This document shows positions 23,955-37,321 of a stretch of DNA of 64,000 bases, in pieces. Position 1 is the first letter of the stretch, and each line of letters opens with the position of its first letter. The stretch spans positions 76,882,001-76,946,000 of the forward strand of contig CM059432.1 in the NCBI GenBank assembly GCA_030390025.1. The letters run 5' to 3'. A program made the translations under genes and the position numbers. The notes under the pieces were generated by a model. That model saw nothing but the letters and a program-made list of their open reading frames with translations, searched no databases and was not told the DNA's origin. The DNA comes from Squalus acanthias. Its lineage: Eukaryota.

Positions 23955-26692
23955 ATCGTTTCAGCCTGTTCTTGCCCCACGGAACTGATTTCCTCCTGTC
24001 TCGACTCTATTTATTCTCCCCTTGTCCAGTCTCTTCCCACCTACATTCGCGACTCATCCGACGCCCTCCGCCACTTTAACAGTTTCCAGTTTCCTGGCCC
24101 CAACCATCTCCTTTTCACTATGGACGTCTAAACCCTCTACACCTCCATCCCCCACCAGGACGGCCTGAGGGCGCTCCGCTTCTTCCTTGAACTGAGGCCC
24201 AGCAGTCCCCTTGCACTACCGTCCTCCTCCACCTGGCTGAACTTGTTCTCACATTGAACAACTTCTCCTTTGATTCCACTTACTTCCTCCAAATTAAGGG
24301 CGTTGCTATGGAAACCCGCATGGGTCCGAGCTATGCCTGCCTTTTCGTGGGATATGTGGAATATTCTTTGTTCCAGTCCTACTTGGGTCCCCTCCCTCAC
24401 CTCTTTTTCCGGTACATTGATGACTGTATCAGTGCCGTTTCCTGCTCTCGCCCTGAACTAGAAAATTTCATTCACTTTGCTTCCAATTTCTACCTTTCCC
24501 TCACCTTCACATGGTCCATCTCTGACTCTTCCCTTCCCTTCCTCTAAATCTCTATCTCCATTTCTGGGGATAGGCTATCGACGAACATCCACTATAAGCC
24601 CACTGACTCCCACAGCTACCTGGACTACACTTCCTCTCACCCCGCTTCCTGTAAGGACTCTATTCCATTCTCCCAGTTTCTCCGTCTCCGCTGCATCTGT
24701 TCTGACGATGCCACCTTCCATACTAGTGCTTCCGATATGTCTTCCTTTTTTCTCAACCGAAGATTCCTCTCTACCATGGTTGACACGGCCCTCGACCGTG
24801 TCCGTTCCATTTCCCGCACTTCTACTCTCACCCCTTCCCCTCCCTCCTAGAACCACGATAGGGTTCCCCTTGTCCTCACCTTTCACCCCACCAACCTCCA
24901 CATTCAACAGATCATCCTCCGCCATTTCCCCCACCTCCAACGTGACCGCACCACCAAACACATCTTCCCCTCCCCTCCCCTTTCAACATTCCAAAGGGAC
25001 CACTCCGTCCACGACACCCTGGTCCACTCCTCAATCAACACCAACAGCCCCTCCCCTCCCCACAGCACCTTCTCGTGCAAGCGCAGGAAATGCAACACCT
25101 GCCCTTTTATCTCCTCCCTTCCCACTGTCCAGGGCCCCAAACACTCCTTCCAGGTGAAACAGCAATTTACTTGTACTTCTTGCAATTTAGTATACTGTAT
25201 TCGCTGCTCACGATGTGGTCTCCTCTACATTGGGGAGACCAAACGCAGATTGGGCGACCATTTGCAGAACACCTCTGTTCAGTCCGTAAGGGGGACCCCG
25301 AGCTTCCGGTCGCCTGTCACTTTAATTCTCCGCTCCACTCCCACTCTGACCTCTCTGTCCTCGGCCCCTTACACTGTTCCAATGAAGCTCAACATAAGCT
25401 CGAGGAACAGTACCTCATCTTTCGATTAGGAATCGAGTTCAACAATTTCAGACCATAACCTCTGCCCCTATTTTTTCAGGAGGCAGCTGTTGATGATTCT
25501 GCCATTCCCCATTTGCAACATTTAACCACTCATGCCTTCCATCTATTACAGACTGTCCCTTTTGTTCTTTCCACCCCTCCCCCACTTTCCCTGCCCCTGC
25601 ACCTGGTTAAAATCTGTTACATCTCTAATTTTTTCTAGTTCTAATGAAGGGTCACAGACCTAAAACATTGGGCTCGATTTTCCCAGCCCCGAGGAGGCGG
25701 GTTTGTAGGCGTGCGAGTTGTTAAACTCGCCAAAACTGGCGGGCGGGCTCGTTCCCGCCTCCATCCCACCTCCGAACAATTTTCCCAAGTGCGTGTTTTC
25801 TGACCCGCTTTCCATCCCACCTCCAAGAGGCGGAATAGGCCCTTAAGGCCCTTAACAACCACTTAATTGCCTCTATAATCCCATTTTGAGAGGCCTTTCC
25901 GGTTTTAGCACATTTCCCCCATCCTACATGCCTCCTCTGGAACACGCCAGGTAATCCTGGCGGCCTCACTAGTGGATTGCTTACGAACAGCTGCAGCTCC
26001 ACCATTACAAAGGAGTTTTCACCGATGATCATTTGCAGGTGGCAGAACTTTGTTGTTTCAGGTCTGGGGGAACTTTTAGCAGGCATACTCAGTGTTGTGG
26101 AAGTTTGGAGCCTGACACCCATCTCCAGTGTGACCTCCTTGGAAACCCCTCTCCCTACCTTGACTAAGCGCTTCCTCAACTGAGGCATATACCAGAAGCA
26201 TGGCGACCATTTAATTCCTTTCCTCCTGGACATCAGATTCGGATGAAGACCAGCTGCGGCAGCAGCAGAACCATGAGCAACAGCTGCACCAACAGCAGGA
26301 ACATCAACAGGAGCGCCAAGCTGCTAGTCACCCACCTGAAGATGCACAGGCCAGAAGGCGCCAGAGCACCACCATATTGCTGCCCGGGATGCAAGGGACG
26401 CACTCATGTTGGTCACATTTGCTTAGCCTGCACAATCAAACAGTTTAGCCTCGCACCTTCTTACCAGAGCATCGACAATGGACAAGAACCTACGGATTCC
26501 TCTCACTCTGACCACCACACTGACAATTGCAAGTCGCCCTAAGCCCTCAATGTGGAAGTCCCATTAGCGAAATGACACATGCCACAACTGCAACAGTTTG
26601 CCATCAGAATTTTTTATGACAATAAGCAACTGATGGCTTCTCAAAATTAAACACATTACACCCAAGTGACAACCCTTGTGACTACTTGTGCA

Positions 26693-29489
26693 TTATCTTC
26701 CTCTTACATGTGCTCCTACGTGGTGCTTCCCCTGTGGCTTCAGCCGATGTGGAGGCCCCTTGCTCACTTTCTTGCTGCTCCTGTCTCGACACGTTTGGCG
26801 GGCGTCCTCTGGGGTTGCGAACCTGTGAGGGCTCGGCAACAGTCTGCTGCTCCTGCAGCTGTGCAGGGGTTGAGACGCCCATCTCAGTTGGGTGGGACTC
26901 TGGTGGGGCTCTGACCGAGGGCTCTGCAGTGGCATGGTCGTGTGAGCGCTTGGAGAGGAGCCCCCACTTCCTTGTTGTATGCCACCAACATCCCTCTCAT
27001 AGGTCAGCCCCACTTCAGAGCTAGCAAGTGGCTGGACAGCACCTTGCTGCACTGCAGGGGGGCTATGAGGACCCGTTTCTGCACTGGAAGTCCTACTCCA
27101 GAGGACTTGCATGAAGGTCTGGTTTGTTTGCTCAATAGCTGACCATCACTCCTCAAGAGATATCAGTCTCATAGAGTCATAGTCATAGAATTATACAGCA
27201 CAGAAAGAGGCCCTTCGGCCCATCGTGTCCGCACCGGCCGTCAAGCCCTGTCTATTCTAATCACATTTTCCAGCACTTGGTCCGTAGCCTTGTATGCTAT
27301 GGCGTTTCAAGTGCTCATCTAAATGCTTCTTGAATGTTGTGAGGGTTCCTGCCTCTACCACCATTTCAGGCAGTGAGTTCCAGATTCCAACCACCCTCTG
27401 GGTGAAAAAGTTTTTCCTCAAATCCCCTCTAAACCTCCTGCCCCTTACCTTGAAACTATGCCCCCTGGTTATTGACCGCTCTACTAAGGGGAAAAGTTCC
27501 TTTCTATCTACCTTATCTATGTCCCTCATAATTTTGTACACCTCAATCATGTCCCCTCTCAGCCTTCTCTGCTCTAAGGAAAACAACCCCAGCCTGTCCA
27601 GTCTCTCTTCATAGCTGAAGCACTGCAGCCCAGGTAACATCCTGGTGAATCTCCTCTGCACCCTCTCCAATGCAATCACATCCTTCCTATAGTGTGGCGA
27701 CCAGAACTGCACACAGTATTCCAGCTGTGGCCTAACTAGCGTTTTGTACAGCTCCATCATAACCTCCCTGCTCTTATATTCTATGCCTCGGCTAATGAAG
27801 GCAAGTATCCCATATGCCTTTTTAACCACCTTATCTACCTGTCCTGCTGCCTTCAGGGATCTATGTACATGCACACCAAGGTCCCTCTGATCCTCTGTCC
27901 TTCTAGGGTCCTACCATTCATTGTGTATTCCGTTGCCTTGTTAGTCCTCCCAAAATGCATCACCTCACACTTTTCAGGGTTAAATTCCATTTGCCACTGT
28001 TCTGCCCATCTGATCAACCCGTCTATATCGTCCTGTCTATTCTGAACAATTACCATGTTTTCCATACCCTGGCGACTAAGCTCCTCCATGGACGTAGCCA
28101 TCCTCTCCTCTACGGTAGCCAGCCTTACCATGGAGGTAGCCATCCTTTCCATGGAGGTTTCCATCCTTTCCGCGGTGATGCATTCATGCGCCAATGCCTC
28201 CACAAAGGCTCTGCTCATGTTCGTGATGGACTCCTCCATTCGCTTCACACTCACAGCGACCCTGGAGACAAAACCTGCCAGAGACTCCTGCACCTGTTCC
28301 TGGAGTTCAAGCACCGCTCTCCTTCTGAATGGACCCGGAGGCACAGCGTCGACATGCAGCTGAGCAGAGCTGGGAGAGTCCTGCGCCCTCCGACGAGGAC
28401 TCTCCACTGCTGTCCCTGTCTCCACCATCTGCTGATTCTCACTTGTGAGCTGTGATACACCAGGTGACAACACTACTCTATCTCGCGAAGGTCCCACCGA
28501 GGTGTGAGTGTCTGCGCTGGTGCTGGGTGCTCTGAATTCTGCTGACGCTGCGCCCTCAGAGGTTGCAGCTTCCTCTGAGGAGTCTGGAAGCTCAGGCTCT
28601 TCCACCTGGGCAATGGGACTGGGGTTCTCGATGGTCCTGTGGGGGAGTAAAGGAAAGAGTTAGAGATGTGAGGTTAAGGTTACATGAACATTGAAAAGTG
28701 CAGATGATCATAAGTCAATCTGTTAGAGCATCAGATTCATTATCAGTGACTCATGCAATGTCAATGAGAGAGATGCCAAACTATTCTGTCACCAGCTTGC
28801 TGCGATGCGCACATCTGTCCATCCCCCACTTGGGAATCCTCCTCGATTCCGGCGATCTCCAGGGCCGCCTCCTCCCAGGGGGTGAGCTGGGCTACTGAGG
28901 GTCCCTCTAATTGTGGGCTCTCTTTTCCTGCAATGAGGGACACAAGTGGAGTTTGAGTGAGAATGAAGGAGTGAGTGTAGAGAATCCATAGCATAGATGC
29001 TTAGGAGGATACAAAGGACCCTCCCTGTGTGCTGAAAGTTGTTGTTGTCATGGCATCACAGTGATAGGAAGTGTGAGGGCTGCATGGTCGAATAGTTAAG
29101 TGAATATGACCATAGAGAGAGAGGGAATGGGTAAGGGTGCAGGCATGTAAGTGTCAAATGGAATGTGGAGGAAGAAGTTGGCAAAGCAGAGTGCTGATGA
29201 GGAGAGTCGATGGGGATCAGATTGAGGGTGATGGGAAAGTCATATTCACTTTTCCTGTTCAGAGAAGATCATGAAACCTGTTCCTGCATTGCAGCCAGGT
29301 TCTGCGGCTCAGCGAGATGGAGCTGACCTCCTGGGCCACTTGCAGCCACACAGCTTTTGTCTGCTGGGGTGGCTTTTTTCTCCCTGAGGAAGGGAACAGC
29401 ACCTCCTTCCTAGATCTCGCTCCCTCCACCAGAGCTTGGAGGGAGGGCTCATCGAAGCGTGGAGCACACTTTGGCCTACTGCTGGACAT
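26693..29489 (-). pseudogene. Harbinger ORF2 Myb/SANT plus coiled-coil gene, three exons, last exon split by CR1
   Basis: Exon 1 29250-29489 (MSSSRPKCAPRFDEPSLQALVEG...WLQCRNRFHDLL*TGK, donor gtgaat); exon 2 from 28927 (EKRAHN*...LTPWEEAALEIAG); exon 3 from ~28636 with heptad repeats. Confidence 0.78.
27170..28045 (-). mobile_element. 5'-truncated CR1 inserted in the Harbinger Myb gene
   Basis: ORF 27257-27874 (RPQLEYCVQFWSP, LRGDMIEVYKI); (ctatga)n tail. Confidence 0.92.
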
Positions 29490-31702
29490 AGTTGATGAAG
29501 AAGGCGAAGACAGCAATGGCCATAAAGGTTGCAGTCTCCAGAAGAAGCAAGGCTGCTTGCAGGCCTTAAATCCAGCAGCATTGATGACATCATCGGAGGT
29601 GACTTTCTGTCTGAAAAGACTCATTGGGCCAGTGGTTCCCACACGCAGGAAATCAATTGGCCAATTAGGGGAAAATCCCACTTTTTCAGCACTTCAATTA
29701 GGAGTCGGGGTCCTGGCACGATTTCCACCTGACACGCTCCAGCCCGCCCACACTGACAAAATCCAGCCCATTGACTCTGTCTCTCTCCACGGATGCTGCC
29801 TGGCCTGCTGAGTGTTTCCAGCACATTCTGTTTTTGTTTTGCAATGCATCCACTATTTCTGCAGACACCTCTTTTAGAACCCTAGGATGTAGGACATCAG
29901 GTCCAGGGATTTGTCAGCTTTTAGTCCCATTAATTTCTCCAGTATTTTTTCTTTACCAATAGTAATTACTTTAAGTTCCTCACTCTCATTAGACCCTTGG
30001 TTCCCCACTATTTCTGGTATTTTTTTGTGTCTTCTACTGTGAAGACAGATACAAAATATTTGTTTAACGTCTCTGCCATTTCCTTATTACCCATTATAAT
30101 TTCTCCTGTCTCAACCTCTAAGGGACCCATGTTTTTACATACTTGTAGAAGCTCTTACAATCTGTTTTTATATTTCTTGCTTCTTTACTCTCATATTCTA
30201 TTTTCTCCTTCTTTATCAATTTTTTGGTCATCATTTGCTGGTTTCTGAAACCCTCCAATTCCTCAGGCTTACTACTCTTCTTGGCAACATTATAAGCCTC
30301 TTCTTTTAAGTTAATACTATCCTTAACCACGGATGGATCACTTTTCCCGTAGAGATTTTATTTCTCAATGGAATGTATATTCGTTGAGAATTATAAAATA
30401 TTTCTTTAAATGTTCATCATTGCTTATCTACCATCATACCTTTTAATCTAATTTCCCAATCTACCTTAGCCAACTCACCCCTCATGACTATGTAATTGGC
30501 TTTATTTAACTTTAATTCTCTAGTTTCATATCTAAGTATGTCACTCTCGAACTCAATGTGAAATTCCATCATATTATGATCACTCTTTCCCAGAGGAGCC
30601 CTTACTATGAGATTACTAATTAACCCTGTCTCATTACACAATACAAGATCTAAAATAGCCTGTTCCTTGGTTGGTTTCACAACATATTGTTCTAGGAAAC
30701 TATCTCAAATGCATTCCGTGAATTTGTCTTCCAAACTACTTTTGCCAATTTGATTTGCCCAGTCAATATGAAGATTAAATTCCCCACGATTATTGCATTA
30801 CCTTTGTTCCAAGCTCCTCTTATTTCTTGATTAATACTCTATCCAACAATACAGCTACTGTTAGGGGGCCTATAAATTACTCCCACCAATGTTTTCTGCC
30901 CCTTGTTATTTCTTATCTCCACCCATAATGATTCTACTTCCTGCTCTTCTGAACTAAGATCTTTCCTCATTACTGTCCTGATGTCATCCTTTATTATCAG
31001 GGCTACCCCCCTCCTTTTCCATTTTGCCTATCTTTTCTAAAAGTCACATACCATGAAATATTTAGTTCCCAACCTAGGCCACCGTGCAACCAGTTCACTG
31101 TAATGGCTATTAGATCAAACCCATTTATCTCTATTTGTGCCATTAATTCATCGATCTTGTTACAAATGCTTTGTGCATTCAGATAAAGCACATTTAATTT
31201 TAACTTTTTACCATTTTTCCCTGATTTGACCTTATTCACTGATGCACTATTACCGTTAAACTCTGTCCCTTCCTGTCACACTATACTTATCTTTACCCAA
31301 ATTTCTACACTGGTCTATGACATTGACTTTTCTCTTTAGATTTATAAATTCCCCCTCACCTGAGCCCACCCTCCATCCTAAATTACTGAGGGAAGTAAGG
31401 GTGGAAATTGCAGAGGCTCTGGCCACAATCTTGCAATCCTCCTTAGATATGGGTGTGATGCCAGAGGACTGGAGGATTGCAAATATTACACCCCTGTTCA
31501 AAAAAGAGGAGAGGGATAAACCTGGCAACTGCAAGCCAGTCAGTCTAACGTTGGTGATGGGTAAACTTTTAGAGACAATCATCTGGGACAAAATGAGTTG
31601 GCATTTTGAAAAGTATGCACTAATAAATGAAAGTCAGCATGGATTTGTTAAAGGTAAATCGTGTTTAACGAACTTGATTGAGATCTTTGTTGAAGTAATG
31701 GA

Positions 31703-32850
31703 GGCATTCGATAAGGTGCCACATAAAAGATTACTGCATAACATAAAAGCTCATGGAGTTGGGGGTAATATATTAGCACGGATAGAGGATTGGCTAACTA
31801 ACAGAAAATAGAGAGTCGGGATAAATGGGTCATTTTCCGGTTGGCAAACGGTAACTAGTGGGGTGCCACAGGGATCAGTGCTGGGGCCTCAACTATTTAC
31901 AATCTATATTAATGACTAATGCTGATGATACAAAGATAGGTGGGAAAGCAAGTTGTGAAGAGGACACAAAGAATCTGCAAAGGGATATAGACAGGCTAAG
32001 TGAGTGGGCAAACATTTGGCAGATGGAGTATAATGTGGGAAAGTGTGAGGTTATCCACTTTGGTAAGAAAAATAAAAAAAGCAAATTATTATTTAAATGG
32101 AGAGAGATTACAAAATGCTGCAGTACAGAGGGACCTGGGGGTCCTTGTGCATGAAACACAAAACATTAGCATGCAGGTACAGCAAGTAATCAGGAAGGCA
32201 AATAGGATGTTGGCCTTTATTGCAAGGGGGTTGGAGTATAAAAGCAGGGAAGTCCTGCTACAACTGTACAGGGTATTGGTGAGACCACACCTGGAGTACT
32301 GCGTACAGTTTTGGTTTCTTTATTTAAGGAGGGATATACTTGCATTGGAGGCAATTCAGAGAAGGTTCACGAGGTTGATTTCTGAGATGAAGGGGTTGAC
32401 TTATGAAGAAAGGTTGAGCAGGTTGGGCCTATACTCATTGGAGTTTAGAAGAATGAGAGGTGATCTTATTGAAACATATAAGATACTGAGGGGGCTCGAC
32501 AAGGTAAATGCAGAGAAAATGTTTCCCCTCATGGGGGAATCTAGAACTAGGGGGCATAGTTTCAGAATAAGGGGTCGCCCATTTAAAACTGAGATGAAGA
32601 GGAATTTCTTCTCTCATAGGGTCGTAAATCAGTGGAATTCTCTACCCCAGAGAGCTGTGGAGGCTGGGTCATTGACTATATTTAAGGTGGAGATAGACAG
32701 ATTTTTGAACAATAAGGGAGTGAAGGGTTATGGGGAGTGGGCAGGGAAATGGAGCTGAGCCCAAGATCAGATCAGCCATGATCTCATTAAATGGCGGAGC
32801 AGGCTCAAGGGGCCAAATGGCCTACTCCTGCTCCTATTTCTTATGTTCTT
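31703..32850 (+). mobile_element. 5'-truncated CR1 inserted in the outer CR1
   Basis: AFDKVPH to C-terminal ORF 32000-32758; 3' stem-loop and atgttctt tail. Confidence 0.9.
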
Positions 32851-33811
32851 ATGATGAGGGTAATGCGGTTGATGTTGTTTATATTGACTTTCAAAAGGCA
32901 TTTGATAAAGTACCACATAATAGACTTGTAGCAAAGTTAAAGCCCCTGGATTAAAGGGACAGTGGCAGTGTGGATACGAATTTGGCTAATGGCCAGAAAG
33001 CAGAAAGTAGTGGTGAACAGTTGTTTTTCAGACAGGAGGGAAGCATACAGTGGTGTTCCCCACGAGTTGGTATTAGGACCACTGCTCTTTTTGATATATA
33101 TTAATGACCTGGATTTTGGTGTAATGGGCATAATTGCAAAGTTTGCAGATGAGATGAAATTCAGAAATGTAGTAAACAATGAGGAGGATAGTAACAGATT
33201 TCAGGAGGACATAGACAGACTGGTGAAATGGCAGACACATGGCAGATGAAATTTAACACAGAGAAGTGTGAAGTGATTCATTTAGTAGGAAGAAGGGTGG
33301 CAGAAGGTCAGTAACCAAAGGTTACAGATTTAAGATGATTGGCAAAAGAACCAGAGGTGACATGATGGATCTATTTTTTTACACAGCGAGTTGTTGTGAT
33401 CTGAAATTTGAAAGGGTGGTGGAAGCAGATTCAACAGTATCTTTCAAAAGAGAATTGGATAAATACTCGAAGGGAATTTTTTTTATAGGGCAATGGAGCA
33501 AGAGCATGGGAGTGGGACGAATTGGATAGTTCTACCAAAGAGCTGGCACAGGCACAATGGGCAAATGGCCTCCTTCTGTGCTTTATCATTCTATGATTCT
33601 ATGATTCATACAGCATGCCCACTAAAAGTGGATGTCAGGAGATCTACTCCTAAACTTTAATCCATGTTGCCCTGAAACTAGTTGCTTAGAGGAGTACGAG
33701 AGCAGCCCAGGGTGACTCTCTCTGACTTTCTCTCTTTCCATGCAGGGAGACAGTCAGCCTTTTGCTCAGTGCTTCCCCACAGGTGCCTGTTTAAGATCAG
33801 CAATCTTGATG

Positions 33812-34236
33812 TCAGCACTCTGAGCTGTGAGTCAGAAGGTTACAGGTTCTAGTCCCACTGAGCACATAATCTAGGCAGACACTCCAATGCAGTACTGAGG
33901 GAGAGCTGCACTGTGCCGTCTTTTGGATGTGACATTAAACCAAGGCCCTGTCTGCCCTCTCAGGTGGGCAGTAAAAGATCCCATGGCACTGTTTGAACAA
34001 GATCAGGGGAGCTCTCCCTGGTATCCTGGCCAACATTTATCCCTCAATTAACATCAGTTAGGTATCTGGTCATTATCTCATTACTGTTTGTGGGGCCTTG
34101 CTGTGTGCAAATTGGCTGCCACATTTCCTCCATTACAACAGTGACTACACTTCAAAAGTACTTCATTGGCTGTAAAGCGCTTTGAGACGTCCTGAGGTCA
34201 TGAAAAAGCGCTACATAAATAGAAGTTTTTCTTTCT
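33812..34236 (+). mobile_element. Deu-domain SINE (SacSINE1-like)
   Basis: tRNA-like head, core taaaagatcccatggcact...cctggccaacatttatccctc, tail ending (tttc)n. Confidence 0.8.
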
Positions 34237-34757
34237 TTCTCCCATCAGGCTCTGAGGAGATTCGGAGCCAATGTAACCTAAAGGCTCCTTTACCCAATGC
34301 CAGTAAATCACATCCTGTTTTCTGTTATATCCAATATTTGTACATGAGATGCTGCCTTGAATTATACATAGGGTTTCTTTTCTGTTGACATTTTTTCTCA
34401 TTTTAAAGCCTCAGAGAACTGGATCTGTGTTATTCCTTGTTTGTATAAGAAATTGCATTATACTGATTCCAAACATTGGCACATGGAAATTGTACTTAGC
34501 TCATGAAAAGAATTGTAGTAACTCAACATTTTGCCAACCACAAATGCAAACTTTCCAATCATTAGCCCGAGCAATATGTCAGTGTTGTTTTCTGAAAGAT
34601 TTGCGGCGCTCCGTTTTGAAAATGATATTGTATTGCTGGTAGACTCAATTGTTTATCTGTTTTGTTATTGAGGACAGCCTAACTGTCAAGAACTTTTAAA
34701 AGTTTAATTGGTGCTCCCAAGACTTAATTTATTGACTAATTGTCATAGAAAAGTACT

Positions 34758-36045
34758 AGAAAGAAAGACTTACATTTATATGGTCTCTTTCATGTCCTTG
34801 GGACATCCCAAAGCAGTTTACAGCCGGTTACTTTTGAAGTGTAGTCACTGTTGCCACATAGACAAACACACCAGTCACTTTGCGCACATCAAAGTCCCAT
34901 AAACAGCAATGAGATAACAGCCGTTCCCTCCGCGACACCCTGGTCCGCTCCTCAATCACCCCCAACACACCCTCCCCTTTCCACAGCACCTTCCCATGCA
35001 AGCACAGGGGATGCAACACCTGCCCTTTTACCTCTTCCCTTCCCACTATCCAGGGCCCGAAACACTCCTTCCAGGTGAAACAGTGATTTACTTGTACTTC
35101 TTTCAATTTAGCATACTGTATTTGCTGCTCACGATGTGGTCTCCTCTACATTGGGAAGATCAAACGTAGATTGGCTGCCCGCTTTGCGGAACACCTCCAT
35201 TCAGTCCATAAGTGTGACCCCAAGCTTCCGGTTGCTTGTCACTTTAATTCTCCACTCCACTCCCATTCTGACCTACTACACTGTTCCAATGAAGCTCAAT
35301 GCAAGCTCGAGGAACAGCAACTCATCTTTCGATTAGACATTTTACAGCCTTCTGGACTCAACATTGAGTTCAACAATTTCAGACCATAACCTCTGCCCCT
35401 ATTTTTTCAGATGGCAGCTGTTGATGATTCTGCTATTCCCATTTACATCTCTTCTTGACCCATCTTTTGTTTCTTTACTTGTCCCATTACCATCTCCTTT
35501 TGCCTCGCACTATCATCCTTTTGTCTTTTAATCTCTCCTGCCATCCACCCTATCACAAACCTTCCCTTTTGTTCTTTCCACCCTTTCCCCCTTTCCCTGC
35601 CTCTGCACTTGCTTAAAACCTGTTATATCTCTAACTTTTTTCAGTTCTGACCAAAAGGTAATTGACCTGAAATGTTAGCTCTGTTTCACTCTCCACAGAT
35701 GCTGCCCGACCTGCTGAGTATTTCCAGCATTATCTGTTTTTATTTCAGATTTCCAGCCTCCACACTATTTTGCTTTTGTATGAGATAATGTCCAATTGAT
35801 CTGTTTCTTGATATTGTAGATTGAGGGATAAAAGTTGGCTACAACACCAGGAGAACTTTGAATAGTGCCCTAGGATCTTTTACATCCACTTGAACAGGTA
35901 GATGAAGCATTGGTTTAGTCTCTCATCCAAAAGATGGCACCTCCAACAATATAGCACTCCCTCAGTATTGCACTGAAGTGATGGATTATGTGCTCAAATT
36001 CCTGGAGTGTGGCTTGAACCCATGACTTTCTGACTCAAAGGTAAG
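34758..36045 (-). mobile_element. Deu-SINE split by a Penelope fragment
   Basis: 34758-34917 and 35789-36045 rejoin to the SINE pattern. Confidence 0.7.
34918..35779 (+). mobile_element. Penelope 3' fragment (GIY-YIG + pLTR)
   Basis: Homologous to 10060-10807; 9-bp duplication atgagataa at 34909-34917 and 35780-35788. Confidence 0.85.
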
Positions 36046-36382
36046 AAACTGTCTTTTTAATGTAAAGTGCATTTTGACAATTTTCCGCACTTGGAGGAGC
36101 ACTATCGAAATACAAGTTGCTGTTATATTTATTACATCAAAGGGTGCGAGCGGGGCACTGTGCATGCGACGACGTTATCACCGGAGGTGCAGCGCCACGG
36201 GGCACTACCGGCTACCTCGCCCGCTAACCTCCCGCTGAATTCGCAGGAGGCCCTAGCAGCGCCGCTCCCGGGCGCTAACTGCTTTGCACCCCATTAGCGC
36301 AAACGGGAGGCGCAAAGCAACCGAATTTTTTCCCCCAGGTGTGGTCTCACCAGGGCCCTATATAATTGCAGAAAGACATCTT

Positions 36383-37275
36383 GGGGGAAAAATTCAGTTG
36401 GTTGCGCCTCCCGTTAGTGCCTTAAGAGGGCGCTAATGGGGCGCAAAGCAACTAGTGCCCGGGCGCGGCGATGTTTGCGCCGCTCGCGAAATTAACTAGA
36501 CATTTTGCGGTGGCGCTAAACAGTACTGCCACGATCTCCTGCACCGGCAGATCGTGACGTCAGTCGAGTGCGCAATGCCCCGGTAGCACCCCGGAGTGGA
36601 TAATGAGTGGCGCCCCCTGCCTTACCGCCTGCCGCTAGCAATGACAGGTTGAGGGGAGCGTTTTGCAGTCAGGAAGGGACTGGGGGAGTGCTATTTAAAG
36701 GCAACCGCTTCCTGCCTTTTTTTGTTGGCGACATTTTTGAACCACGCATTCTGAGAGAGAGAGAGAGAGACTTCTGGAGAGATTCAACGCTGTGTGAAGG
36801 AGTTTTGGGTACTGAGCAGCACTTTGCAGGTTCATTTTGATTTGCCCTTCCTTGTATCGATTTAGAAGAGACTGTGGGGGCTGCACTCTGAGCTCTTTCC
36901 CTGGTACTCTCCATTGTTCTTTCCAGCAGATTTGATGTACAGGTCTCTCCAGGCCGAGATTCAAGGCTGCAATGAGCAGGATGTGGATGGAAAGCAAGAT
37001 CAACCATCCCCTTTAAGAACTGGCCGGGGCCATTGTGTCTGTGTTCCATTGCTGACTGACATCACATGAGCTTCGCCAGTGCTCTGAGTTAGCGCCTCGC
37101 TCCTCGACCTTTGCGCCTTAAGACAGATGTGTAGCGCTTGATTTAGCACTCCAATCACCTCCAGGGGCGATAAAAGTCAAGTTTGCAGTCGGAGGTGATA
37201 ATTAGCGCCAGGCGCTAATCTTTGCGCCCGGCTGATAATTGCGCCCCAAACGGGGCGATACTGAATTTTTCTCCC
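36383..37275. mobile_element. GC-rich Harbinger-type MITE
   Basis: TIRs gggggaaaaattcag / ctgaatttttctccc; TSD CTT; inverted relative at 53012-53752. Confidence 0.85.
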
Positions 37276-37321
37276 CTTTACTCTTATACTCAAATCCTCT
37301 TGCAATAAAGGCCAACATATC

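Larger units (their letters stand above)
25670..29769 (-). mobile_element. Non-autonomous PIF/Harbinger with multi-exon Myb/SANT gene (-) and core-deleted transposase (+)
   Basis: TIRs gggctcgatttt / aaaatccagccc; TSD ATT; transposase C-terminus AARDARDALMLVTFA* ~26380-26427. Confidence 0.88.
22851..29841 (+). mobile_element. Penelope-like element (RT + GIY-YIG) interrupted by two Harbinger insertions
   Basis: KPADKGG, LPKIHK, GRPI, FTMDV, GVAMETRMGPSYACLF, RYIDD, LYIGETKRRL; 13-bp duplication caatgcatccact at 22838-22850 and 29842-29854. Confidence 0.9.
15696..31370 (-). mobile_element. Long CR1 split into pieces (15696-16328, 21189-21441, 22393-22850, 29855-31370)
   Basis: 3' tail at 15696; sequence resumes across each insertion; endonuclease start LYLNAQSICNKIDEL (31003-31239) and SDH motif (30417-30680). 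Confidence 0.8.
15252..33610 (+). mobile_element. Old CR1 forming the outer layer of a nest (pieces ~15252-15695, 31375-31702, 32851-33610)
   Basis: KSPSPDGM (15695) resumes as HPKLLREV (31375); EVME (31702) resumes as DEGNAVDVVYIDFQKAFD (32851); (attctatg)n tail ~33590-33610. Confidence 0.75.

Noticed and set aside
27853..28605. 250-aa ORF as a novel fusion protein
   Set aside because: Chance in-frame junction of Harbinger exon 3 with an inserted CR1.
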